A program made the position numbers and the translations under genes. 64,000 bases of DNA from Candidatus Krumholzibacteriia bacterium (lineage in GTDB: Bacteria; Krumholzibacteriota; Krumholzibacteriia; JAJRXK01), in NCBI GenBank assembly GCA_041484665.1, contig JBGPIA010000010.1, positions 1-64,000 of the forward strand. Direction: 5' to 3'. Below, one piece after another: positions 1 to 8,421 of this stretch (position 1 is the first letter of the stretch; every line of letters begins with the position of its first letter). Under the pieces are notes generated by a model that saw only the letters and a list, made by a program, of their open reading frames with translations, was not told the origin of the DNA and ran no database searches.

Positions 1-130
1 CCCGACGCCTGGGCTGCTCAGCAAGCGGCGTCGCTACCCGCCCAGAATCAAGCCGCTGCCTGACCCATCGAGCGCGCTACCCCGCCGCGCGTGACGTCGT
101 ATCCTGGGGATGGGATCGCCGGATGGATAC
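1..130 (+). mobile_element. Probable right end of an IS66-family element (end of TnpC plus terminal inverted repeat)
   Basis: Frame 1 reads PDAWAAQQAASLPAQNQAAA* (1-63), resembling the LLPxxW tail of IS66 TnpC. 112-130 GGGATCGCCGGATGGATAC (revcomp GTATCCATCCGGCG...) resembles IS66 termini. The downstream secreted-protein frame lacks its N-terminus. Confidence 0.45.
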
Positions 131-1074
131 GTCCCAACCGCTACTTCTTCGACCTGCCGGACGGCCCGGTCACGCTGGCCGCCTACGAGTCTGCGGAAGC
201 CGCGCTGTTCTTCCCCGGCGATCAGCTGCGCTACTACCTGATCGGCAGCACGATCAACCCGATGGGGACCGCTACACTGCCTGCCGACACGGCCGGCTTC
301 AGCAGCGGCACCGGCTACAATCGCATTTTCACCGTCTACGGCCTGCCGTCGCTGACCTGCGGCGCCACGGATACCGATCCTTGTACGCAACCCAGCATCC
401 TGTTCTGGAACGACCAGCCAGACCGCGGTGGCAATGACGAGTGGATGCAGGCATTCGGCCAGAATGCGATGGTGTTGCACCAGCAGTACGACACCTACCG
501 GACCAATGGGCCGAGCTCGCTGATATCCAACGGCCTGGGCTCGGCAAGCGCCCACGGCGCCAGCGCCGGTCAGCTGGCGGGCTACAACTGTCTGCTCTAC
601 GACGCCGCGAATCTCGCCAGCGGCCTGATCAGCGATGGCAGCAGCACGGGCCCCAACGACAAGGGCAACGACGTCGCTGCGCTGACGGGCTGGATGGGCC
701 AGGCAGGCAACCGGTACGCCGCATACTGGGGCGACAACATCGCCAACGGCCTGGGCGGCGGCGGCGTTACCTTCCGTAGCAACGTGATGGGCGTCCAGCT
801 GGTCGGCGACAACGTTCGTCCGTCGATCGGGAATCAGACGGCTCCCGAGGTCGCCCCGACGGGTACAGTGACCGGCTTCGCCACGTACTTCATCGCATAT
901 GGCGGCTGCCTTTCTATCAACCTGTTCGACAACATCAACCCGGGTGCTGCGAGCGCCAATAAGGCGCACGCATTCCTGCCGGGCCCGTTCACTCCGTCCG
1001 CCAGCGTGTACAACGCGAGGCAGGACACGATCTCGGGCACGCCCTACGACCGCGTGAACGTGACGTTCCCCTAC

Positions 1075-2756
1075 CCCGGATTATTCGCGAAGCTCGGGCT
1101 TCGTGGCAAATGGTTCATCGGGCGCCGGTGATCTTGCCGTCGCAGGCAGTTCCCGGACGCCGCCGACGCGCCTCGGAGTGCCGAGTTGGCCAATTTGGGG
1201 GTGAATCGCGCTCGTGGGCGTAAGTGCAAACGTACCAATCCCAGGGGCAGGTCGATCGAGTTGAGTTCCCCATCGGTAAAGGGTCGGTTACGTGGCGGCC
1301 GCGCCCAGCAAGCGCGCCGCCCGGATCCACTCGCGCTGCGAAGGATGATTCGCCGACAGATGGATCACGAAGCGGCGAGCCGATGCCTCTACGCGACCAC
1401 CGATCTTCAGCAGCGCCAGTCGCAACGTCTCCACCTGTCCGCGTGCGAGGCTCGTCGGATGCAGCGTTCGCCTCAGCTCCTGCAACAGCATGTAAGCTGC
1501 TGCCGTCAGCAGCACACGCAGCTGGTTCGCCCAGAAGCGTGTGCAGCTGGTGCGGTCGATCGCCATCGAGCGCTTGAGTTCCTTGATCCGGTTCTCTTGA
1601 TCGCCTCGCTGGCGGTAGATGTCGTAGGCGGTGCTGGGGACCCAGGGCAGATTGGTCACCACGTAGCGGCAGTTGTCCCGCAGCCCCCGCCCCTCGAGAT
1701 AGACGACCTCAGCCTTGAAGATCACTCGGCGGCGCTGCTTCCAGGACCGCGCGGCGTACACCGTCTCCCCATAAAGTGTCACGCTCCGCTTACGGCGCCG
1801 AGCCAACTTGCGGGCGCGACCCATCAGACGACGACTGCGACGGCGAAGCACGCGATTCCCGGCGATTGCGCCCAGATACTCCACCTCCTGCTCTTCCAAC
1901 AGGGCGAAGACTTCCTCGCAGGCGAAGCCTCCATCCAGGCGTACGCGGATCTGGGCGAAGGGAAATGCCCAACGCAAGAGCGGGATGATGCGGCGCAGCA
2001 CCGCCAGCGTCCCGACCTTGCCGTGGACCGTGCCCGGCCGCAGGATTGCGGTGAAGAGGTACTGCTCGGGCTCGTCGTTGAAGCTGAGATTACCCAACAG
2101 CGTCAGAAAGCAGTAGCCGCCATAGTGGCCGTTGAACAAGCCGAGCTGCTGCGCGCCGTGCACAAGGTCATCGGTGGGGTCGAGGTCGATCGTGACACGC
2201 TTACACTTGCGCCCGGGCAATCGTTGGCGGTGACGCTCCACGAGCGCATCCGCCATGGTCTCGCCCATCCGGTAGAGATCCTTGACCGAGGGGGTGTTCT
2301 CAAAGCGGCTGACGGTCGGCTGCGAGGCGAGGTCGTCGCCGTGGAAAGGATGGCGACCCAGCAGCAGCTTCTGCATGGGATCGTGGCCGATCCGCGTGAC
2401 ATCGTTGGCATCGGGGTAGCCGCACGCCAGCGCAAACACCCGCTGGCGGATCAGGTCGAGAACAGAGTGCCGGACCTTCCCACCCTGCCGCGGGTCGACG
2501 ATGCAGTCGGCCATGCGCTCGGTCAGCCGCAGGCGGTCATCGACCGCCTTGAGGTGGATGGCGCCGCCGTCGGAGGTGAGGTCGGGCTCGTCGAAGCGGA
2601 CGTGGAGGGGCTTGCTGAGCAGGTGTGGAAAGAGGACGGTCTGTGTGGTAGCGTCAGTCATCGAAGGCCTCGTCGGTTTGCGGGAATCGCTCGTAAGACA
2701 AGCGGATTCTAGCGAGCCACGAGGCTTTCGTCTTTACGTTTCACGAATAATCCGGG
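1075..2756 (-). mobile_element. IS1380-family insertion sequence, 1682 bp
   Basis: TIRs CCCGGATTATTCGCGAA (1075-1091) and TTCACGAATAATCCGGG (2740-2756) match at 16/17. 4-bp direct repeat CTAC at 1071-1074 and 2757-2760. Single transposase ORF. Confidence 0.95.
1288..2661 (-). CDS. tnp: IS1380-family DDE transposase
   Basis: 457 aa with LTSDGG, LASQPTVSRFEN, IDLDPT, RLDGGF and YRQRGDQENRIKELK motifs. Confidence 0.95.
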   Translation of the reverse strand: MTDATTQTVLFPHLLSKPLHVRFDEPDLTSDGGAIHLKAVDDRLRLTERMADCIVDPRQGGKVRHSVLDLIRQRVFALACGYPDANDVTRIGHDPMQKLLLGRHPFHGDDLASQPTVSRFENTPSVKDLYRMGETMADALVERHRQRLPGRKCKRVTIDLDPTDDLVHGAQQLGLFNGHYGGYCFLTLLGNLSFNDEPEQYLFTAILRPGTVHGKVGTLAVLRRIIPLLRWAFPFAQIRVRLDGGFACEEVFALLEEQEVEYLGAIAGNRVLRRRSRRLMGRARKLARRRKRSVTLYGETVYAARSWKQRRRVIFKAEVVYLEGRGLRDNCRYVVTNLPWVPSTAYDIYRQRGDQENRIKELKRSMAIDRTSCTRFWANQLRVLLTAAAYMLLQELRRTLHPTSLARGQVETLRLALLKIGGRVEASARRFVIHLSANHPSQREWIRAARLLGAAAT

Positions 2757-3222
2757 CTACGGATTCCTGTTCATCCAGGACGTGCTTCCGAAATCCGGCG
2801 GCAGGACGGCGCGCGCGGGACTGCTCCGCGAGCTGTTGATCAAATTCGGAAACGCGCCGCCCGACGACGTAGTCGCTGCGGCCGCGATCCCCAACGCACG
2901 GCTCATCGTCCAGCAGAACCACCCCAACCCCTTCAATCCCGCCACGATCATCGAGCTCACCGCCCCCACCCGCGGCAAGCTGACCGTGAGCATCTACAAC
3001 GTGCGCGGGGAGCTGGTCGCCACGCTCGTGGATGGCGCGGTCGAGCCAGGCAAGCACACGCTCGTCTGGCGCGGCACCGACGCGCGCGGGCGCGAGGTGG
3101 GCAGCGGCATCTACCTGTGCAAAGTCGCGGGCTTCGGGCAGGAGCGCAGCATGAAGATGGCGTTGCTGAGATAGGTGCGCGTCGGCCCATCTGGCGGCGA
3201 CTCCGCGCCCGCGGGGCCGTCA

Positions 3223-3238
3223 GTTTACCCGGGTAAAC
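3223..3238. promoter_or_regulatory. Perfect 16-bp palindrome GTTTACCCGGGTAAAC, possible operator
   Basis: Exact dyad in the intergenic region upstream of the S9 peptidase. Confidence 0.3.
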
Positions 3239-3480
3239 GATCAAGATCCGGACCTCTACAACCGGGGCCAAAGTTCCGGCTGCCCGACGGCGGCCGGTTG
3301 GCGCCGGCGCTGGGCGCGCGATCCGCGCCGGGTGGCTCGCAAGCGCCGAAAGTTCGTATTGAAGCCAGTCCCTGGCTGGGATCATCCTCACCCGATCCCG
3401 CCGCGCCGGGGCGGAGGCGACGTCTGAGCGCCCGGCCCGGCGTACGCGTCGGTTCTCACCGTTCGCACCGAGGTCTCGCG

Positions 3481-5904
3481 ATGAAAGCCCCCGTCCTGCG
3501 TGCGTTGTCTTGGTTCTGGGTGTCGGCCCTGTGCTCTGCATTGGTCTGCTGCGTAGTGATCGCCCTGCCAGCCGCAACGAAGGGGCCGCTGGCCGCGCCA
3601 GCCGACACTCCGCCCGCGGGCACGGCGCCTTCGTCCATGCTGTCGCCCGCCACCCCGGCCGCCACGGCGACGACCTCTCCATCGCCTTCCACTTCTGCTA
3701 CCGCTCCTCCCTCTCCTCCCGCTCCTATCTCCTCTGCCTCCCCTACCTCCCCCACCACCCCCCACCCCCTCACCCTCGCCGACCTGTTCTCGCTGCGCCG
3801 CGTCGGTGATCCGCAGATCTCGCCTGACGGCGCGTGGGTGACCTACACGGTCGACCGGGCCGACCTCAAGAAAGACGGGCACAACACGGACGTCTGGATG
3901 ACGAGCTTCGATGGCAAGCGCACGCTGCAGCTGACGCACAGCGACGACGACGAGACCGCCCCGCGCTTCAGCCCGGACGGGCACTGGATCTCGTTCCTCT
4001 CCGACCGAGATTACGAGCACGACACCGATCAGCTCTGGCTGCTGGACCGCGCCGGGGGCGAGGCCGAGCGCATCACTGACCTGGCCGGGGGCATCTCCGA
4101 CTATGTCTGGTCGCCGAACAGCGCGCGGGTCGCGCTGATCGTCGACGACCCCGATCCCGAGAAGGAGCGCACGAAGAACGCCGGAGACGACCCCGACTCC
4201 AGCAAGACTCCCCACCCCATCCTGCTCGACCGCTACCAGTTCAAGGCTGACAAGATCGGCTACCTCCGCAATCTGCACAGCCACCTCTACGTGCTCGATC
4301 TCGCAACGCGCCAGGCCGAGAACGTCACGCCCGGGACGTACGACGAGCAATTGCCGGCCTGGTCGCCCGACGGGCGCTCGATCGTCTTCGTCACCAAGCG
4401 CGGCCCGGATCCCGACCGCCACTCCAACTTCGACCTCTACGTCATCGAAGCGAAGGCTGGCGCGACGGCCCGAGAGCTCACCACGTTCGAGGGCGCTGAC
4501 GCCAACCCCGAGTGGGAGAGCCCACCCGTCTGGAGCCCCGACGGCACGCAGATCGCCTACGTCCAGGGCGGCCCGGACAAGCTCATCTATTACGCGGTGG
4601 AGCAGTTGGCGGTGATCCCGGCGGCGGGCGGCCCGGCGCGACTGCTCACCCCCACACTGGACCGCAACGTCGCGCGGCCGCACTGGTCCCCCGATGGCAG
4701 CTCCGTCGACTTCCTGATCGAGGATGACCGTCAGAGTCAGCTCGCCAGCGTACGCGTCAAGGACGGCAAGCTCACCCGCCTGCTCGCGGGCCCGCAGTCG
4801 GTCGAGGAGTTCGCGGTTGGGCCCAAGGGCACGATCGCCCTGCTGGTGAGCACACCGCAGCACCCGGCCGAGGTCTACGCGCTCGATGCGGGCAAGGGCC
4901 AAGCGTCGGGCGCCGGCGCTGCCGCCGCGCTGCGCCCACTTTCGCGTCAAAATGACGCGCTGCTGGCGCAGCTGCAGCTGGGAGCGGCCACCGAGATCGA
5001 GTTCCCCAGCAAGGACGGCACGCAGATCCACGGGTTGCTGATCACGCCGCCGGGCTACCGGTCCGGCGCTGCGGCGAGCGCTGCGGCGGGCACCGCGGCG
5101 GGCGCTGGGGCGGGCGCCGCGGCAGGCGCTGCGTCTGCGGCCGCGCGGGGCTCCTCACCCGCAACCGCAGACGGTCCCACCTCGGGCGCCGCGCCGGGCG
5201 TGCGCCTGCCGACCATCCTGTGGCTCCACGGCGGGCCGACCAGCCAGTACGCCAATGAGTGGCGCGCCGAGCCGCAGGTCTTCGCCGCCGCTGGTTACGC
5301 CGTGATCTTGCCCAATCCCCGCGGCAGCACGGGGCGCGGGCAGGGCTTCGCGACAGCGATCTACGCGGACTGGGGCAACAAGGACACGCAGGATGTCCTG
5401 GCGGCCGTCGATGACGTGATCGGCCTGGGCGTGGCCGATCCACAGCGTCTGGGCGTGGGCGGCTGGAGCTACGGCGGGATCCTGACCAACTACGTGATCG
5501 CCCAGGACCCGCGCTTCAAGGCCGCCTGCAGCGGCGCGAGCATCTCCAACGTGCTGGCCGGCTACGGGACCGACATGTACATCCGCGAGTACGAGGCCGA
5601 GCTGGGTCCGCCCTGGAAGGACACGCAGGAGTATCTGAAGCTTTCGGGACCGTTCCTGCACGCCGACCGCATCACGACGCCCACGCTGTTCATGTGCGGC
5701 CAGATCGATTTCAACGTCCCGTTGCTCAACTCCGAGCAGATGTACCAGGCGCTCCGCAGCCTGGGCGTGCCGACCCAGCTCGTGATCTACCCGGGGCAGT
5801 TCCACGGCATCCGCAAGCCGAGCTACGTGCGCGACCGGTTGGAGCGCTATCTGGCGTGGTATGCCAAGTACCTGAAGCCGGAGATCGTGGGCGCCGCGCG
5901 GTAG
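3481..5904 (+). CDS. S9-family (prolyl oligopeptidase/acylaminoacyl) peptidase with PD40 beta-propeller, secreted
   Basis: SPDG repeats, LHGGP, GWSYGG nucleophile elbow, D(FNVP), YPGQFH; hydrophobic N-terminal signal from ATG 3481. Confidence 0.93.
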   Translation: MKAPVLRALSWFWVSALCSALVCCVVIALPAATKGPLAAPADTPPAGTAPSSMLSPATPAATATTSPSPSTSATAPPSPPAPISSASPTSPTTPHPLTLADLFSLRRVGDPQISPDGAWVTYTVDRADLKKDGHNTDVWMTSFDGKRTLQLTHSDDDETAPRFSPDGHWISFLSDRDYEHDTDQLWLLDRAGGEAERITDLAGGISDYVWSPNSARVALIVDDPDPEKERTKNAGDDPDSSKTPHPILLDRYQFKADKIGYLRNLHSHLYVLDLATRQAENVTPGTYDEQLPAWSPDGRSIVFVTKRGPDPDRHSNFDLYVIEAKAGATARELTTFEGADANPEWESPPVWSPDGTQIAYVQGGPDKLIYYAVEQLAVIPAAGGPARLLTPTLDRNVARPHWSPDGSSVDFLIEDDRQSQLASVRVKDGKLTRLLAGPQSVEEFAVGPKGTIALLVSTPQHPAEVYALDAGKGQASGAGAAAALRPLSRQNDALLAQLQLGAATEIEFPSKDGTQIHGLLITPPGYRSGAAASAAAGTAAGAGAGAAAGAASAAARGSSPATADGPTSGAAPGVRLPTILWLHGGPTSQYANEWRAEPQVFAAAGYAVILPNPRGSTGRGQGFATAIYADWGNKDTQDVLAAVDDVIGLGVADPQRLGVGGWSYGGILTNYVIAQDPRFKAACSGASISNVLAGYGTDMYIREYEAELGPPWKDTQEYLKLSGPFLHADRITTPTLFMCGQIDFNVPLLNSEQMYQALRSLGVPTQLVIYPGQFHGIRKPSYVRDRLERYLAWYAKYLKPEIVGAAR

Positions 5905-5929
5905 CACCGTGTCTGGTGCGGCGTCGCGC

Positions 5930-6004
5930 GCGCCACCCGGTAGCGCGCCACCCGGTAGCGCGCCGCCCGGTAGCGCGGCGTCTGATAGCGCGCCGCTCGA
6001 TAGC
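5930..6004. repeat. 5 x 15-bp degenerate tandem repeat (GCGCCACCCGGTAGC) between convergent genes
   Basis: Units start at 5930, 5945, 5960, 5975 and 5990. Confidence 0.85.
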
Positions 6005-6082
6005 GCGACATCGGGTGCGGCGACTAGCGCCGCGTCTGGTGCGGGGTCTGGCGCGGCAGCGGGCGCTGCAGCGCAGGGAGCG

Positions 6083-7294
6083 TCAGCCCCCCTCCTCGAA
6101 CGGGATCCAGTTCTCGTCCTCGAAGATGTGGATCTGGGCGCTGGCGCGGTCGACAACGAAGATCTTGGCACCAGGGAAGCGCAGCTCCACACCGGCCTCG
6201 AAGGTGCGCCCCAGCCAGGTGGCCGCGCGCACCGGCTCGCGCAAGGCGTTGCTGCTGCCCGATGGGCTGCTGATGGCCAGCTCGAAGTGGCCACTTCCGT
6301 CAAAGCGCTGGATGCGCCCGTTGAGACGGTCGACCACGTAGTAGCGGTGCAGGCCCTGGACGTCAGCCTCGTCAATCGTCACGCCCGTCGGCAGGTGGAA
6401 CTCGCCCAGCGCGGAGCTGGGACCGAGCTCGAAGCCCGACTGTCCGCACGCGGGCGCCCTCCCCAGCACCAGCGCCTGGAGGTCCTGTACGCAGCCCGCC
6501 CCGGGGGGCCGGAAGCCGACGGCGACGCCTTTGCCCGATGGATTGCCCGCGGGCGGCGTGGGATCGAAGCGCAGGATCCAGTTGCGCGTGGTATCGGAAT
6601 CGGCGATGAGCAGCATGCCCTCGGCATCGATGAGCAGCCCCGCGGGCTTGAACACGAAGTTGGGGCTGTCGCGGCTGCCCGCGTCGTTCGCCACGATGCC
6701 TTGCGGCGTCAGCGTTACGCCGTCGGGGTCGCGGTGGTAACGGAAGACGGCGCCCGAATCGGGGTCGCTCACGTAGACGAACGAGTCGCTGGCCGCGATC
6801 CCGGCCAGGCTGCGCAGCGGGGGATCCAGGTCGGCCGAGCCCTTGTACTCCAGGGTCGAGCGATCGAACCACGAGACGCGCGGCCCGCCCAGGCCCGCGC
6901 CGCCCGCCTCGCCCACGGCGAGCCAGCGCGAGGACGGCTCCTTGGCCAGGGCGACGGGGTTGCGCAGTCCGGTCGCCGCAGCCTCCCCCGCCGCCTGGGT
7001 ACTGTACTTGGTGAGCGAGCCCGGCGTGCCCTCGAGCACGAAGATCTTCCCCACCCATTCTACGACGTCGGTCGGATCGATCAGCTGCCAGGCCGGCAGC
7101 TCGGAATAGCGGTTGCTGCTGGGGATACCCTTCGCCAACGGGATCGTGATCTTCTCGCCGCAGCCGGCGGCGAGCAGTGCCGCGGCGAGCAGTGCGGCAG
7201 CGAACGACAGGGCGGCCGACAGCGCTGCGGCCCGCGGCCCCCCCGCGAGCGCCGCGGCTGCGGCAGCCTGTCCCCACGGCGCGCGTGCTCTCAC
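6083..7294 (-). CDS. NHL-repeat beta-propeller lipoprotein
   Basis: Lipobox LAAGC; NHL motifs FKPAGLLIDAEG..IADS and FHLPTGVTID..YVVDRLNGRIQRFD; GTG overlaps the upstream TGA. Confidence 0.8.
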   Translation of the reverse strand: MRARAPWGQAAAAAALAGGPRAAALSAALSFAAALLAAALLAAGCGEKITIPLAKGIPSSNRYSELPAWQLIDPTDVVEWVGKIFVLEGTPGSLTKYSTQAAGEAAATGLRNPVALAKEPSSRWLAVGEAGGAGLGGPRVSWFDRSTLEYKGSADLDPPLRSLAGIAASDSFVYVSDPDSGAVFRYHRDPDGVTLTPQGIVANDAGSRDSPNFVFKPAGLLIDAEGMLLIADSDTTRNWILRFDPTPPAGNPSGKGVAVGFRPPGAGCVQDLQALVLGRAPACGQSGFELGPSSALGEFHLPTGVTIDEADVQGLHRYYVVDRLNGRIQRFDGSGHFELAISSPSGSSNALREPVRAATWLGRTFEAGVELRFPGAKIFVVDRASAQIHIFEDENWIPFEEGG

Positions 7295-8421
7295 TTGCCC
7301 AGCTCCAGGCTCACGATGTGCATGCCCCCCAGCGCGCCGCGGTCGTCGAAGGCGTAGTCCAGGCGCAGCGTGCGCACGCCCTCGAGCAACCGCAGGCCGA
7401 ACCCCGCGGCAAAGCCGCCCTCGGCCATGTTGCTCTGGTAGCCGGCGCGCAGGAACAGCCGGTCCCACGCGGAGGCCTCCGTCCCGAAGATCAACGACTC
7501 CACATCATCGCTGGGGTGGTTGAAGTCCATGGTGAGGGTCAGGCGGCGCGCGGCTCCCCCGAAGTCATAGGCGAATCCGAACAGCGCGATCGTGGGCGCC
7601 GAGAAGGACTGCCAGTTCCCTTGCACGCTCGCCTCCGCCGGCGGCGAGCCGTTCAGGCGCAAGTCGCCCCCGAAGTTGCGTACGGTGAAGCCCACACGCG
7701 CCTGGTTGAACCCCACGAAATACAGCGCGCCCAGATCGAGGAACAGCCCGCGGTTCTCGAACTCATCGAGGTTCTCCTGCAGCATCTTCGCCGTGCCGGC
7801 GAGAATGAATCGGTCGGTGAGCTGCCGGCTCAGGGAGAAACCCAGCAGGAACTGGTTCGCGTCGAAGCTGAAGCCGTCCCCGTCGGGGTGCAGCTCGGTC
7901 GTGCGCACGATGTCGCCGCTGCGCAGCACGCCAGCGCTCAGCCCGACCCTCCAGCTGTGCAGCTTGTGCACCCAGGCCGCGTGCTCCACGTCGATCCCCG
8001 CGGCGTACGCCATGTGGCTCAGAAAAAAGCGGTCGTTGCCGTTGACCAGCTCCATCCCCGCCGGGTTCCAGAAGGGGCTGCTGGCGCCGTCCACGGCGGC
8101 GCTGATGCCGCGGCCCATGGCGATGCCGCGCGCGCCCGCCGGCACGCGCAAGAACTGCCCGCCGCTGGTCCCGGCGCGCTCGCCGCCAAAGAAAGCGATC
8201 AGGCTGGCGCGAGCGGGTGTGGCAAACAGCGTGAGCACGACGAGCGCGGCCGCGGCAAAGGAGGCGGCACGTGCAACGAGCGCGGAACGTGTAGCGTGCG
8301 CGGAAAGCGTGACGCGTGCGGAGAGCGCCGCGCAAGCGGCACGCGGCGCGCAAGCGGGACGCGCAACGCGCTCGGGAAGCGCCGTGCACGTGGCGCCGGG
8401 GGCTGGCTGTTGTCCTACCAC
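7291..8421 (-). CDS. PorV/PorQ-family outer-membrane beta-barrel protein
   Basis: GTSGGQFLRVPAGARGIAMG...FWNPAG and C-terminal LRAGY...LDYAF...H signature; start uncertain. Confidence 0.88.
   Translation of the reverse strand: MVGQQPAPGATCTALPERVARPACAPRAACAALSARVTLSAHATRSALVARAASFAAAALVVLTLFATPARASLIAFFGGERAGTSGGQFLRVPAGARGIAMGRGISAAVDGASSPFWNPAGMELVNGNDRFFLSHMAYAAGIDVEHAAWVHKLHSWRVGLSAGVLRSGDIVRTTELHPDGDGFSFDANQFLLGFSLSRQLTDRFILAGTAKMLQENLDEFENRGLFLDLGALYFVGFNQARVGFTVRNFGGDLRLNGSPPAEASVQGNWQSFSAPTIALFGFAYDFGGAARRLTLTMDFNHPSDDVESLIFGTEASAWDRLFLRAGYQSNMAEGGFAAGFGLRLLEGVRTLRLDYAFDDRGALGGMHIVSLELGK

Larger units (their letters stand above)
131..3174 (+). pseudogene. IS-disrupted large secreted protein with C-terminal FlgD/T9SS-type sorting domain
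   Basis: Removing IS 1075-2756 and one CTAC copy joins ...VTFPY in frame to GFLFIQDVLPKSGG...QNHPNPFNP...KMALLR*. No signal peptide is present, so the 5' part lies outside the window. Confidence 0.88.

Noticed and set aside
3175..3480. Long Arg/Pro/Ala-rich N-terminal extensions of track ORFs (also 19627-19995, 25729-26271, 33170-33964, 36465-36956)
   Set aside because: Better starts with RBS, signal peptides or stop/start overlaps lie downstream; the extensions are open only because of high GC.
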